Shown here in pieces: positions 26,101-39,657 of a stretch of 64,000 nt of DNA. Numbering within the stretch: the first letter of the stretch is position 1; each line of letters opens with the position of its first letter. The notes beneath the pieces were generated by a model. It saw nothing but the letters and a program-made list of their open reading frames with translations. It was not told the DNA's origin and ran no database searches. The DNA comes from Torpedo marmorata (taxonomy: Eukaryota). Both the position numbers and the translations under genes were made by a program. The stretch covers positions 22,754,001 to 22,818,000 of the forward strand of contig OZ360234.1 of the NCBI GenBank assembly GCA_977017645.1. Direction: 5' to 3'.

Positions 26101-27283
26101 TCTGGCACGGATTGCGCAAGCAAGTGGGACACTGGGCCAGAACCTGCGTTCACTGCCAAGCCTCCAAGGTACAGCAACATGTTAAGGCCCTGCTCCAGCA
26201 GTTCCAGCTGCCAGACAGGAGGTTCCAATACGTCCATGTGGACATCGTCAGTCCACTGCCAGTCTCCCGGGACTACAGGTACCTGTTTTACCATGGTGGA
26301 CCGGTTCACCAGGTGGCCAGAGGCAGTCCCGCTCACAGAAGCCTCCACTGAGGCTTGCACCAGAACAGTGATCGCCAACTGGATCGCTAGGTTCGGTCTA
26401 CCCACGGACATCACTTCGGACAGAGGGGCGCAGTTCACTTCGACTTTGTGGACGGCATTGGCACATCTCCTGGGCACACAACTGCATCACCCAACGGCGT
26501 ACCACCCCCAGTCCAATGGCCTGGTAGAACGTTTCCACCACCACCTAAAGTCGGCACTGATGGCTCGCCTGAAAGGCCCCAACTGGTCAGATGAGCTTCC
26601 CTGGTTCCTGCTGGGCATTCGGACCGCCCCTAAAGAGGACTTGAGTTCTTCCTCCGCGGAGTTGGTTTGTGGCGCCCCCCTGATGGTACCAGACGAATTC
26701 ATTCCAGAGGCCAGCAGTATGGAAGAGACGATGCTGACGAGACTGCGGGACAAGGTGGGGACCCTTGCACCAGTCCCGACCTCCAAACACGGTCCAACAC
26801 CATTTTTCACCCCCAAGGACCTGCAAGACTGTGAGTATGTCTTTATTCGCAGGGGCGCACACAGGTCACCTCTACAGCGACCGTACGAGGGACCGTTCAA
26901 GGTGATCCAGAGGAATGGAACCACGTGCATTGTGGAGGTGGGTGACCGGCAAGAGACTTTTACAATAGACCGCCTGAAACCGGCACACTTGGACATTGAC
27001 CAGTCGGTAAGTGTGCCCGCACCGCGACAGCGAGGCCGATCACCCAAGCAAGGCGCACAGGATGGGGGCTCCAGGTCCCCAATGGACGTTTCTGGGGGGG
27101 GTGGTGTAGCGGCGCGTACTCGCGGGTCTCAAACCGCCATCGGACACAACGGGGCGTCCGGAAAGGGCGCTGATGTCACTTCCCCCCAGGAATAGTTCAG
27201 TGTTTTGAATCCAGTAAAGACTCCATGATTGAACTCCACAGTCTCTGCGTCTTTAATCGATAGCGCGCCGTAGCGCGACTACA
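23152..27283 (+). mobile_element. Ty3/Gypsy LTR retrotransposon (CsRn1-like), near full length, inactivated
   Basis: 5' LTR 23152-23341 (first ~19 nt missing), 3' LTR 27105-27283 and PBS TGGTGACCCCCGAC (tRNA-Trp type) at 23343. Gag AVSLKLPTFW, protease DTGAE, RT WRPCGDYRRLN..YLND, RNaseH TDHKPL, integrase TSDRGAQF..YHPQSNGLVE and GPF motif, G-rich PPT. Stops at 23682, 24026 and 25087, plus frameshifts. Confidence 0.95.
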
Positions 27284-27916
27284 GTAGCATTATTTAAAAC
27301 AGCAAAAGATATTGGGTGATGTTTGTTGATTGTAGATGAAATCATTACTGTTAATGATGAAGCAAATAAAATCCAGGGTGATTTTGAGGCCAGTATTGGA
27401 GGAGCACAGTAATGGCAGAGAGATGAAAGACTGAAAGATAACTCAGAATCAAGGAGAAGGCCATAATTGTCTCTCAAACATCTGAAGTTTATTGTATGTG
27501 GCTCTTACGTTAAGCACGTTTGGCCACCCTGTGAGAATGGGATTTCAAAATGAGAGTTAAAATTTTTAAATTGAGAACTTGGTGAAGATTATGATACAAG
27601 CAACAGAATTTTAGTCAATCTAAAGTTTACTGAAAGTCACATAAAGGACACAAATGGATGGATGAGAGTTCAGAAGAAGATGATTCGAGTCAGAGGTGGA
27701 GTTGAACCAAGGGGTGGAATTAGGTGAACTTAGTGATAACGTTGATTACATGGATATGTCACTGGAACCTCAAGGTAAGAGCAAATAGGGTGCAACCAAT
27801 CGGGTTTCAGACATTTGACAGGGAAAGGGATGTGGTTGATGAGAAAGATCAAAAATAATTGATTCAGTCTTCTCAATATAATCGGATGGGTGAGACAAGC
27901 TATACATCATTTAAAC

Positions 27917-28631
27917 CAGTCATTCCCAAAGTGGGCGGTGCCGCAACCCTGGGGGCAGTGGAAAGAACCAAGGGGGCGGTGGGAAGATCCAAGGGGGCGG
28001 TAAGGAAAAAGGGGGCGGTCCGAATGTTTCCGACAAACTCAGCCCACAATGCTCATTGTGCGCTATCCGTCAAGTGAGGAGAGGGGGTGGGGGTGACTGC
28101 CCGGGATGGTGACGGCCGGGACGGTAACAGCCCGGGACAGGACTGCTCTGGACGGCGACCGACTGCCCGGGACGGTGACTGCCCAGGACGGTCTCCGCTG
28201 GGATAGTGACTGCTCCCAGGACGGTGACTGACCGCCCGGGAAGGTGACTGCCCGGGACGGGACTGCTGGGATGGTGACTGCCCGGGACAGGACCGCTCGG
28301 GACGGTGACCGACCGCTCAGGACAATATAGTAGGAAATATAGTGTGAAAACTGTGAAGACAATGTAGTTACAGGTGAGATGTAAATTTACCCTTTCATAT
28401 TGCTAAATAAATTGGTTTACTATAAGTTTTATTTGTGAAATACATACACTTGTTTATAGTGTTAGATTAGTTGTTGTTTTAAATTTGCAGTAGACCTAAT
28501 ACCAAGAAAGAGGTGTGTGTTCGTTGTATGTGTGTGTGTCGGGGTGGGGGGGGGGGGGTGGGTGCGGGGACGCTAGGGATGTGGCCTGGGAGCCAAGGGG
28601 GCGGCCGCCCGAAAACGTTTGGGAACCACTG
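27917..28631. mobile_element. Non-autonomous hAT (Charlie-like) element, 715 bp
   Basis: TIRs CAGTCATTCCCAAA / TTTGGGAACCACTG; perfect 8-bp TSD ATTTAAAC (27909-27916 / 28632-28639). Confidence 0.9.
28090..28324. repeat. GC-rich minisatellite, ~15-19-bp units (GGGACGGTGACTGCCC)
   Basis: Imperfect tandem units inside the hAT element. Confidence 0.85.
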
Positions 28632-28997
28632 ATTTAAACTATAGTGGAAGGTCAAGAAAGGTGGCAGTGACTGGACCTGGATGTTATAAGAATGCATATA
28701 ATTATACCACATTTGTTGACAACCATGCAGTGCAAATACTGGGAGCCTAGACTGTTATAGACTGTCCAAGGTGTTCTGCATGACATTAGAATCTTCTTTG
28801 CACGTATGGTAATCAATGCCTCCTGCATTCATTATCTCAGCAATATTTACATAAACAATGTCCACATAAGATCAAGGGTCTCAAATCATTAAGCTTTCAA
28901 TTTCAAGCCCCTATGTTAGCTTCTTAGTAGTCGACATCACTCTCATCTCTATAGTCGCTCCTTGCCACTAATGTTCTCTGTGCTCGTGCTTGCACAG

Positions 28998-29021
28998 GTT
29001 GGATATCAGGTGTTGAAGCCG
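28998..29021 (+). CDS. Candidate 24-nt micro-exon (VGYQVLKP in phase 0)
   Basis: Acceptor tgctcgtgcttgcacag| and consensus donor CCG|gtgagt. Confidence 0.35.
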
Positions 29022-29406
29022 GTGAGTACATGAGACCAATTTGTATTTGAAGTAGCCGAGAGTCACTGGAGTGCAAGTGTTTCCTCCAAGATGCCATATA
29101 ACTTGTAAAAGTCAGGAGAGCATGTTTTTCCTGTTACACAATATGATATAAATGGACAGAAAAAAAGCCAGTACATATAGAGACGCTAGAAGGTGGTTTC
29201 AGTCTGACACTATAATGACAACTCGAGCTAATAGTTGGAAAATGAAGGCCAATGTTTTATTCTCTTGAATATCCACCTTTTTGTTCAACAGTATTATTAC
29301 AAATGTATTTTGGAACCGACTGGAAGTATTCAGATGAGAAAAATGTAGTCTTTTGTTCTTTATGACTATTATATTCACTGAATCCTGATTTTGTATTCTT
29401 GTGCAG

Positions 29407-29568
29407 AGATATAATAAAGATGAAGACAATCTGCTGATCAATCATTATCCCTTCAGCCAGAAGAGCACTGAGGATGTGCCAGAGCTCATACAGATCAAAG
29501 AGAAAAGGATGTCAGAAGTTAGAAACATTTGCGGCTATGTATCACAGGTGCATACTTCCTATCCACAG
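29407..29568 (+). CDS. Candidate coding exon (162 bp, phase 0-0)
   Basis: Acceptor ttttgtattcttgtgcag|, donor CAG|gtcagt. Open as RYNKDEDNLLINHYPFSQKSTEDVPELIQIKEKRMSEVRNICGYVSQVHTSYPQ. Confidence 0.4.
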
Positions 29569-29894
29569 GTCAGTACAATTTAGTCCATCTGTGTATATGT
29601 GATATTGTCAAAAGTCAGAGGATAATGTGGAACATAGTGATGCAGTGCATAAGGTAGTGTACTGACTTTGATATGGGTGCCTTGCAGCACTGGAAATCTT
29701 TCATAAAATGTGTATATTATCGTCTTGATCCATTGTCCAGTATGTCATTGAAATAAGGAGTCTTACCAATGGAGCAAAGGATGTTATAATCCTATAATGT
29801 GAAATGCTGTTCTTTATTGAAGCAGATAAATTATTAACCAGGTCTGTCTTTGCTGTACATCAGTGGCACCTCTTCATCAATATGATTTAGTCGA

Positions 29895-32790
29895 TATGAA
29901 TGAATGATTTAATGGCCATTACAGAAACATGGTTGCAGAGAAGAAATGATTGGGAATTAAAGAACCAACGGTATCAGGTAATGCGGAAAGATAGGCAGGA
30001 ATGTAAGGCAGGTGGGGTAGTTCTCTTTGTTAAGAGTGAGATCAGGGCAAAAGTGAAAGATTATATAAGATCTAAGGAGCAGAATGTTGAATCCATCTGG
30101 GTAGAGATTAGGAATCGCAAAAGGGAAAAAGTCACTGGAGGGAGTTGTCACAGGCAAGAAACCAAGAAATATCTGACGGTTGTAAGAATGGAACATCAGT
30201 TGTCATGGGGACTTTAACTTGCACATAGATTGGGCGAATCAAGTCAGTCAAGGCAGACAATGAGAAGTTTATAGAATGCTTCTGTGATAGCTTTCTTAAA
30301 CAGCATGTTATGGATCCTACAATGGGAACAGGCCATCTTACATCTGGTCCTGTGCAATGATTCGGATAAAATTCACGATCATGTCGTCAGGGATCCTCTC
30401 TGAAAGAGTGATCACATTATGAATGAATTTCTCATACAAATGGAGGTTGCAATAGTATGATCGAAATCCAGTGAATCATGCCTAAACAAGGAGACAACAA
30501 CTGGATGAGAGAGGAGTTGGTTAGCATAGACGAGCTGAACTAAAGTATATGCCAGCTAAAAGCAAGGAAATAAGGGTGGAGAGAGCCAACTTTTGATAAC
30601 TAAGGAAATAAAGGAAGGTGTCAAATTAAAAGCTCATACATTTAAAGTGGTCAAGAATAGTGGGAAACTGGAAGATTTGGAAAACTTAAAAAAGCAACAA
30701 AAAAAATCACTAAACAAGCAATAAAGAAAGGGAAGATAGATTTTGAAAATAAACTAGCACAAAATATAAAAACAAATAATAAAAGTTTTCATAATTATAT
30801 CAAATGGAAAAAGGTGGCTAACATGAACATTGGTCCTTTAGAAGATGAGAAGAGGGTATTAATATTGGGTAATTTGGAAATGGCTGAGGATTTGAATGAC
30901 TATTTTGTGTCCGTCTTCACGGTAAAAGACACCTAACATGCTGAAGAGTGATGTTAAGGATGCAGTGGTTGGTGAGGACCTCAATACAATCGCTATCACT
31001 AAGGAGGTATTGAGTTTAAAGGTAGACAAGTCCCCTGGTCCTGATGGAATGCATCCCAGGGTATTGAAGGAAATGACAGAAGTTATAGTAGCTGCGTTTG
31101 TGGGAATTCACCAAAAGTCTCTGGACTCTGAGCAGCTTCTGGCAGTTTGGAAGACATCTGTCATGCCATTGTATAAAAAAGGATGTAGGCAAAAGGCAGG
31201 TAACTCAGCTCAACATCTGTTGTTGGGTAAATGCTTGAAACTATCATTAAGGAAGAAATAACAAAACATCTGGATAGAAATTGTTATATCAAGCATGCAC
31301 AACATGGATTCAGGAAGAGCAGATCTTACTTAACAAATTTACTGGAGTTCATTGAGGATATAATGAGCGCTGTGGATAGAGGGGAACAGGTGGATGTTGA
31401 TAACTTGGATTTGCAGAAGGAAAGGTGTCACAAGACTTATCCATAAGCTAAGGATGCATGGAGGTGGGGATAAAGTATTTGTATAGATAGAGGATTGGTT
31501 AACCAATAGAAGGCAGAGATTTGGGATAAATGGGTGTTTCTCTGGTTGGCTATTAGTGGTGAACAGAGTGCTTGCAGGGGTTATGCTAGATCCACAACTG
31601 TTGATAATATACATTAACGATCTGGAATAGGGGACCGAGTGCCGCGTCCCTAAGTTTGCTGATACAAAACTGAGTGGAAAAGCAAATTGTGCGGAGGATG
31701 TGGAGAGTCTGCAGAGAGATTGAGATTGGTTGTGAGTAGGCAAGGGTCCGGCAGATGGAGTACAATATTGGTAAATGCAAGGTCATCCACTTTGGAAGGA
31801 AAAATAGTCGATCAGATTATTATTTAACTGATGGAAGAATGCATCAGGCTGTTGTGCAGAGGGATTTGGAGGTGTTTGTGCATGAATCGCAAAAGTTTGG
31901 TTTGCAGGTACAACATACAACAAGAAGGCAAATGGAATGTTGGCCTTCACTGGTAGAAGGATTAAATTTAAGAGCAGTGAGGTTCTGTTGCAGCCAGTAC
32001 AGGGTACTGGTGAGGCCGCACATGGAGTACTGTATGCAGTTATTTGGGAAAGGATATACTGAAGCAGTGCAGAGGTGGTTCATCAGGCTAAATCCGGAGA
32101 TAAAGGGGTTAGCATATGAGGATAGTTTGAAACGCCTGGAACAAGACTTCATAGGAATTCAGAAGAATGAGATGGGATCTTATAGAAACATATAAAATTA
32201 TGAAAGGGACAGATAAGACAGAGGCAGAAAAATTACTTCCACTGATAGATGAGACTAGAATGTATTGTCCATGAGCAAACTCTGTGAATCCACACAAAAT
32301 TATTACATACATTATATCATGTATTGTACAATCTTACAACAAAAATCTTGCATTTTTCAGCAACATCCCATTTCATTGCCATCCTCGTGTTGATTGCGTG
32401 CTGCATGAAAAGTTACTTTTAAACCTTCCATCTTGTGATTATGTACATACCTCCTGCATTTTTTTCAGACATATAGCACGGTTACAGACCGTTTCGGCCC
32501 ACGAGCCCGTACTGCCCAAGATATGCAGGAGTAGATTTAGAATGGAGATGAGGAGGAACTGCTTTTTCTGGAGTAGTAAACCTGTGGAATTCTGTGCCCA
32601 ATGACGCAGCAGAATATATTTAACATACATTGAGATAGATTTTGACAGAGAAGGGGAATGAAGGGTTATGGGGAAAAGGCAGGTAGGTGGAGCTGAGTCC
32701 ACAGCTAGATCAGCAATGATCTTATTAAATGGCAGAGCAGACTCGACAGGCCAGAGAGCCTACTCCTGCTCCTATTTCTTTCTTTTGTTC
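29895..32790 (+). mobile_element. CR1-clade LINE ORF2, degraded, with its 3' end
   Basis: AITETWL, GGVVLFVK, ESIWVEI, KSPGPDGMHPRVLKE, QHGFRK.RS.LTNLLEF, KFAD, KCKVIHFGRKN, LVRPHMEYC, and the CR1 tail TACTCCTGCTCCTATTTCT. Confidence 0.9.
32260..32519 (+). repeat. 260-bp dispersed copy of 33742-34001
   Basis: Same orientation, offset 1482 bp, 3 mismatches counted. Confidence 0.95.
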
Positions 32791-33550
32791 TTAATACACC
32801 TGGAGCTTCATATACAAACATGTCAAGGACAAGAGAAGACAATTGGAATCATTGTATTCCATCTTCTAGAATCCTTATCATTAACTGTATGAATGTTCTA
32901 TGTTTTATCTCTGCTTCAGCAACTGGAAGATTATTCTATATTTTACTCTTTGAATTCATTTTTTTCCTAATTTAAGTTGAATCTGATTCTACTGTCCTAC
33001 ATTATTTTGGATATGCAATTTGTAATATTTTATCATTGTTTTGCTATTGAATATGAAAGCATCATGCCATTCAGAAAAACATGTAAAATACTGACCTGAT
33101 TACAACTATATTACTTGGCAAGTAAACCTTTGCATGCAAGAACAATATTGCATAGAAACTCTGGACAGATAATATTGCCCAGATTATAATACTGTAATGA
33201 TGACTTGTCATTGGCTAGTTCTAATCTACATTCACTACCCTTTGCTTTAGTTGCAGTAGACTTGCTAAAGATTATAATAGTGAGAATGCAGAAAAAAATT
33301 AAAGTTAATAAAATGACAACTATCGAAGGCACTTGCCCAAAAATTGACAACAATAATTGTTTTCCTCTTCCTGTTGTGTATGTACTGCCTCCGTAAGCAT
33401 ATTGATAATATTCATGATTTTATAGTTCTGTGTTTATAATATTGCCTGGAATATTGCTAATTGCAATCATCTGTTGACAGGATGTCTTAATTCAACATAA
33501 ACAGAGACTTAAATAAATTAGGTAACATACAACAATGTCCTTGGTCTAAG

Positions 33551-33671
33551 GATGCTTCAGCAATGTTGTTTAGAGAACAAATACTGCCTGCAGCACCACG
33601 TAAATCCAGTGTGATCTATACGATCATTTCCATTGATCAAAAGAGCAAGATGATGTCTAAAAACACCACTG
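33551..33671 (+). CDS. Weak candidate exon (121 bp, phase 0 to 1)
   Basis: Open as DASAMLFREQILPAAPRKSSVIYTIISIDQKSKMMSKNTT; splice sites are weak (ggtctaag|, CTG|gtgtgt). Confidence 0.15.
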
Positions 33672-33940
33672 GTGTGTCTTCACATGCAGACTATGTATAT
33701 TCAAAAATCACCCAGATGCATACAACCTGTGATTGTTGTATATGTATTGTCCATGAGCAAACTCTGTGAATCCACACAAAATTATTACATACATTATATC
33801 ATGTATTGTACAATCTTACAACAAAAATCTTGCATTTTTCAGCAACATCCCATTTCATTGCCATCCTCGTGTTCATTGCGTGCTGCATGAAAAGTTACTT
33901 TTAAACCTTCCATCTTATGATTATGTACATACCTCCTGCA

Positions 33941-34191
33941 TTTTTTTCAGACATATAGCACGGTTACAGACCGTTTCGGCCCACGAGCCCGTACGGCCCA
34001 ATTACACCCAATTGACCTACAACCCCCGGTACGCTTTGAACAGTGGGAAGAAACCAGAGCACCCGGAAGAAACATACGCAGACACGGGGAGAACATACAA
34101 ACTCCTTACAGTCAGGGCAGGAATCAAACCCCAGTCCCGATCGCTGGCGCTGTAACAGCGTTGCACTAAACGCTGCGCTAACCGTGCCGCC
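33941..34191 (-). mobile_element. Full-length HE1-type V-SINE
   Basis: The minus strand starts GGCGGCACGGTTAGCGCAGCG (A box), then GGTTTGATTCC (B box), the V-domain and a CR1-like tail. Confidence 0.9.
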
Positions 34192-34840
34192 ATAATTCTT
34201 CATAATTAGAATCACAATGGTTTGTTGGCTAATCCCAACCCTACATCACATAATTGCTTGCCTGCTTTTCCTGAGAAATTGCATCATAGAGGCATCAACT
34301 GGTGCAGAATTATATCCTTTCACAGGTACCCTGTTGCACTGTCTCTTTAAGAAAAATATGAGTTAACACTGAATCACAACATATTTCAGAAATTTGTAAT
34401 AATTTCTTGAAGTGTTTACAAATTGACAAAGAAAGATAGATAAATCTCCTTATCCAAACTGTTATGTAAGAAACATGTTTTTTGATGAAAGTAATTTCAA
34501 ATCATGGTGTTTCTTTATACTTAATTCCCTTGGGGAAATTTTGTCATTCTTCAGAGAACTTTTCCATCATATATCGTCTTTAAAATTCTGTGCTCAAAAT
34601 TATGCATCACATGACATAATAAGAAACCCAGTGCCCAGTCAATTTCATCAGAACTTGATGTGATGGCAATCTATTTTTCCATATTAATAAGTAGTATATA
34701 CTATTAAGGTATAATCAGTTGCCATATCCAATTATTTCCCTTTCTAAACAATCTTTAAGACAAATTTCATGAAATGTATTATTTTCCTGCTAAAGTACAC
34801 TTAAGATTTTTCACACAATGTATAATTTGTATGTTTCTAT

Positions 34841-35801
34841 TGTTATGGACCATGACTGACCATTTGGACTGCGGACGGTCAGTGGGAAGGATGAAGTCTT
34901 TTGGAGTACACACTGGGACCTGGTACTGAAAGAGTTAACTTGCCCAGGATTTGTTGTACTTACAGAGAGAGAGACACCAGAGGGAGACAGACTGTGAAAA
35001 AGATACTTGGTGGCACTTTTGAAAAAGGCAGGAAAAGACCTCTGCAGGAAGGCCTTGAAGTTCAGTCATGGAGGACTGAATCCGTGGCAGTTTGGAGTTG
35101 AAAAGGTTGGAGAACCCAGCAAAATCCAGGCTTGTGCATCCCAGGGGAAAAGTCTGGGAGAATAGCACAGGGCCTCCTGAATCAGCAAAATCCAGGCTTG
35201 TGCATCCCAGTGGAAAAGCCTGGGAGAATAACACAGGGCCTCGTGACTCAGCAAAATCCTGAGTTGAAGGCAACTTTTGTGAAGAACAGGCGTGAGATTA
35301 GCGAGACAAGCTGTGAGATCCAAGTACACGCCTCAATCCAAAACGGATATGAAGTCACAATCCTTGTGAATCTACCAAAAGGGAAAGTCATCAGAGAAGA
35401 AAAGCAGGCCAAGCATTCGTAAGCATAAACAGTCATTGTCTCTCTCTCCAACGTTCATTAATAAGTCCTTCTTGCCAGCACACAGAGCTGAATTTGGACC
35501 CTGAACATAGAGAGTGAATTTTTGTGGACTGTATTTTTGGGACTGACTTGTTTTTATGACTGACCTGGGGGTTTTGGGGAAGGTTTTCCATTTTTACATG
35601 AGGGTTGGGCACAGACTGTAATGGTCTGGGCTTTACACACACACACACACACACTTTTTAGATAAGAATAGTGTTTATAGACGTTTATAGTGGGGTTAAT
35701 TGTTGTGAAATTATATGTTTAATTGTCTTTAATAAATATAAATTTCAATTTTACCCCTTTTGCATTGCGTCTTCTGTCGTTGCTGGTTTGAATTTGTAAC
35801 A
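34841..35801 (+). mobile_element. Solo LTR (961 bp)
   Basis: TGTTA...TAACA termini, 4-bp TSD CTAT (34837-34840 / 35802-35805), AATAAA at 35731, an internal 66-bp tandem repeat and (CA)n. Confidence 0.85.
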
Positions 35802-37107
35802 CTATTGAAATTTTTATTGATTACATGCTCTGTCATTGCCAAATAATATAATAGAAGTGCTTGTGCTTGCCTATTATAATTCATGATTTCTCTTATTTCC
35901 AGTGTCTATAAATGGCATTAAATTATATTCTCAAAATATACTACTTAAAATGCAGCAAATATGTTTTTGGATTCTGGGGAACTAACTTAGCTATTACAAA
36001 GTGAGTTTAAAAGAGTATACATCTTGATTAGGCAATGGAAATGAAGTTCAAAATGGATAAAGGCAAGATAATGGAGAAAGTAGCAATACTGCAAGGCTGG
36101 GATTCAGCTTGTTACACTGGAAGTTGGAGAATAGCTAGCATTGTCAATTAATTCACCATTCCCTATGGCAAAACAGCATTTGGCAGTAATTAGCAAAACA
36201 ATTAGAATGTTAAATAATGTTTTGCCTATTTATTTGAATTAAGATAAAAAGAGTTGATGCTGAAAGATGTACAGTGACCTGGTAAGATTACCGGTCATTT
36301 ACTTCAAAACAAATAAACCTTGCTGACCCTAGAAGTATATTAGACAAGAACAAATAGATTAATCAAAGGCAATGGTAAACAAGAACTAAGCTATGAGGCT
36401 GGACAGACCGATAAACCACAATAATTCAGCCTCAAAAAGAGGGTGTCAGTGGGCTCAAGCATGCCAGTCACCCCGCTTCCTTTAGCAACCCCACCCCAAT
36501 CCCTCCCCGCACACTGGTGGGCTGTGGGTTTGTTAGAGGTGGTGTGTGGTCAGTAAAGCAATACCTAATGTGGTCTGAGAAAAAGTTGAGATCCATAGCA
36601 CTTGAGAATCAACCTATATTTTTCTGCACAAGGGTGTGACTTGAACCCACAACCTTCTAATTTAGGGACAAGAATGTTATTGTGCAGAACTATAGCCAAC
36701 TTGTAACAGTAGACAGAAAATAATCCAAAACAATACATTCAAATAAATCTGCACAATGCAAAGGAGTGCAAAGTCATATTGGAGGGTAAATTCAGGAATA
36801 ATGGCAAAGGTTATGTCTGCACGTGTTGTTGGAAGAACAGTGATGACATGCCAATGGATTGATTGAGAGTTGACTCATGCCTTAAAGGCAGAGCAAACTG
36901 ATTATTTTTCTGAAAGATCTGTTGATTGGTTTCCTTGCTTGTGCATCATAAACAAACAAAGCCAGAGCCTACCAGTCATTCACGAATTAATCAACACATT
37001 TTCGATAAGAGCAAAAGCTGTAGGCATTTAAACCAGTATTTGGTATTTCTCAAAACAATCGACATCCTCCTCAGGTAGAATATAATGTGCCGAACGGTCA
37101 GGAGAGT

Positions 37108-37797
37108 CATTAGCAAATTAGCAGATGACACTAAGATTGGAGGCATGGTGGACATCGAAGAAGGTTTTCAAAGCTTGCAGATGGATCTGGACCAGCTGGA
37201 AAAATGGGCTGAAAAGTGGCAGATGGAATTTAATGCAGACAAGTGTGAGGTGTTGCATTTTGGAAGGACAAACCAAGAAAGGACGTACATGGTAAATGGT
37301 AGGGCACTGAGGAGTTTTGGTAGAACAGAGGGACCTGGGAATACAGATACATAATTCCCTGAAAGTGGCGTCACAGGTGGATAGGGTTGTAAAGAGAGCT
37401 TTTGGCACATTGGCCTTCATAAATCAAAGTATTGAGTATAGGAGTTGGGATGTTATGGTAAAGTTGTATAAGACATTGGTGAGGCCAAATTTGGAGTATT
37501 GTGTGCAGCTTTGGTCACCTAACTACAGGAAAGATATCAATAAGATAGAAAGAGTGCAGAGAAGATTTACTAGGATGTTGCCCAGACTTCAGGAACTGAG
37601 TTACAGGGAAAGGTTCAACAGGATCGGACTTTATTCCCTGGAGCGTAGAAGAATGATGGGTGATTTGATAGAGGTATTTAAAATTATGAGGGAGGTAGAC
37701 AGAGTAAATGTAGATAGGCTTTTCCACTGAGGGCAGGTGAGATACAAACCAGAGGACCTGGGTTAAGAGTGAAAGGGGAAAAGTTTAGGGGGAACAT
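37108..37797 (+). mobile_element. CR1-clade LINE RT C-terminal fragment (well preserved)
   Basis: ISKLADDTKIGG, WAEKWQMEFNADKCEVLHFG, LYKTLVRPNLEYCVQLWSP, GLYSLERRR; one frameshift at about 37317. Confidence 0.92.
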
Positions 37798-37949
37798 TAA
37801 ACAGGATGGGGACACTTCTCAGGCCTGGAAAAGCACAATGGGTATTTATTAGTATTGTTATAAATTTAGTTTATTCATTTCATTATACCTCGTAATGTGA
37901 GATGGCTTCCTCTGTGATCAGTCTTACAGGATATCTCTCGCATTCACAC

Positions 37950-38685
37950 TGCCTTGCAAAGAGGACAATTTACAGAGTATGGGTTAACAATGAAAAGAAA
38001 GATCAATTAGTACTGTAAGGGCAGCATGTTAGTACAGTTGTGGGGGTTCATTCATCAGCCTGATAGCTGTGGGGAAGAAACTATATTTTAGCCTATTGGT
38101 GCACGCAATCACCCTCTTGAGTCTTCTCCCCAATGGGAGGAGGGAGAAGAGAGTGTGTCAGGGTGTGATGAGACTTTCAGTATGTTGGCTGCCTTTCCTC
38201 GGCAGCAGGAGATGTGGACCGAGTCCATGGAGGGAGGGAAGTTTGGGTTGTGTTCTGTGCTGAACTCACTACCTTCTATAGCATCGTCTGATCTTGAGCA
38301 GAGCAGGTCCCATACACACTGTGACACATCCAGTAAGTTTGTTTTTGATGGTGCACCTGAAGAACTTGTTGAGGAATGAGCGGTAATTTCCTTTGTCATC
38401 AAAGAAAGTAGAGACATTGGAGCACTTTTGTGACCATTGCGTCAACGTGCTTGTCCCAGGTCAGGTCATTGGATATGTCTATTCCAAAGAACTTGAAGCT
38501 ATCCACTCTTTCCACTTTAGCACCATTGATGTGGACAGGGGTGTGGTCACTGCCCTCTCTCCTGATGTCAATGATCGTCTCCTTCATCTTATTGATGTTG
38601 GGAGAGCAGTTGTTATCTTGGCACCTTACCAATAGACTTTCAGTCTCTTTCCTGTATTTCATCTCATCATTATTTGATACCATAT
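37950..38685 (-). mobile_element. Degraded Rex1/Babar LINE 3' fragment
   Basis: CQDNN..NINKMKETIIDIRR..HTPVHINGAKVERVDSFKFFGIDISNDLTW; KAANILKVSSHP. Confidence 0.85.
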
Positions 38686-39657
38686 AAACAAAATACTTTG
38701 GATGGTGGAAATCTGAAATAGAAATAGCTGGAAATGCTCAGCAATTCAGATATCACCTGTGCAAATAGAAAATGACAGCATTTCAAATTAATATTTCTCA
38801 TCATTTTATTCTGACCTTAGCCACTCTATCTCTGGAACTTCCTGCAACTCTTCAGAACTGTGTGTTTCTTCAATTGTGGCTTCATGAGAGTATTATTACA
38901 CTCCTGTAAAACAAATTGGATGTAATGTATATCAAATACAGTATATCAAATAAGCAAATACGAATTGTTATTGTTTGCTGAAGGCATCCAGGACTAACAG
39001 AAATCATATATAGTCCTGGGATGACCAAAACATACCTCCCTTATCTAAGTCTGAATGTGAACATGCAGCATAAGCATTGATAAGATGTAAAAACATATGA
39101 GAATACACAAGTGGTGTAAAAAGGTGAGTAAAAATTGTAATAGTGTATGTTTAATAGTGTATGTTACCTTCTGAGACAGGAAGGGACTCATGAGATTCTA
39201 GCATCTCTGAGGCGGAAGTGAGTGGCTATTATATGTAAATTCCTAAGATGCAAACATCCCATTTATTTAACCCTATCTTGACACTTTACTTTGGTTCTAA
39301 GAATACTTTGTGTTTTGCCACAATTAAATGTGGATTTGGGGGACTCTATTTGCCAGAATTGTTCTGTTAGAAAGGTTCTGACCCTTATTGAAAATAGTTT
39401 TTGTGGTGAAGAAGAAAGTTAATGATGTGAACACAGTCATGAAGAACGCAGCAAAGGTTGCTGAAGCCCAAATTTGTCACTGCTAAATGTTGCAGTAAAA
39501 CACATCATTTATAAAAATGCATAAGGTTTGATTTGAATTTACCAATCCAGTCATGAGTAGACATAACCATCCAGATGCACAGGGGAACTCAGGGCAGTAA
39601 ATGAGTGGACGTAACCAAGGGTCTGCACAGGGGATGTCAGCATGTTTTTCTTGCCAG

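Noticed and set aside
34120-34191. tRNA gene
   Set aside because: The A/B boxes belong to the SINE head and run straight into the V-domain; no cloverleaf.
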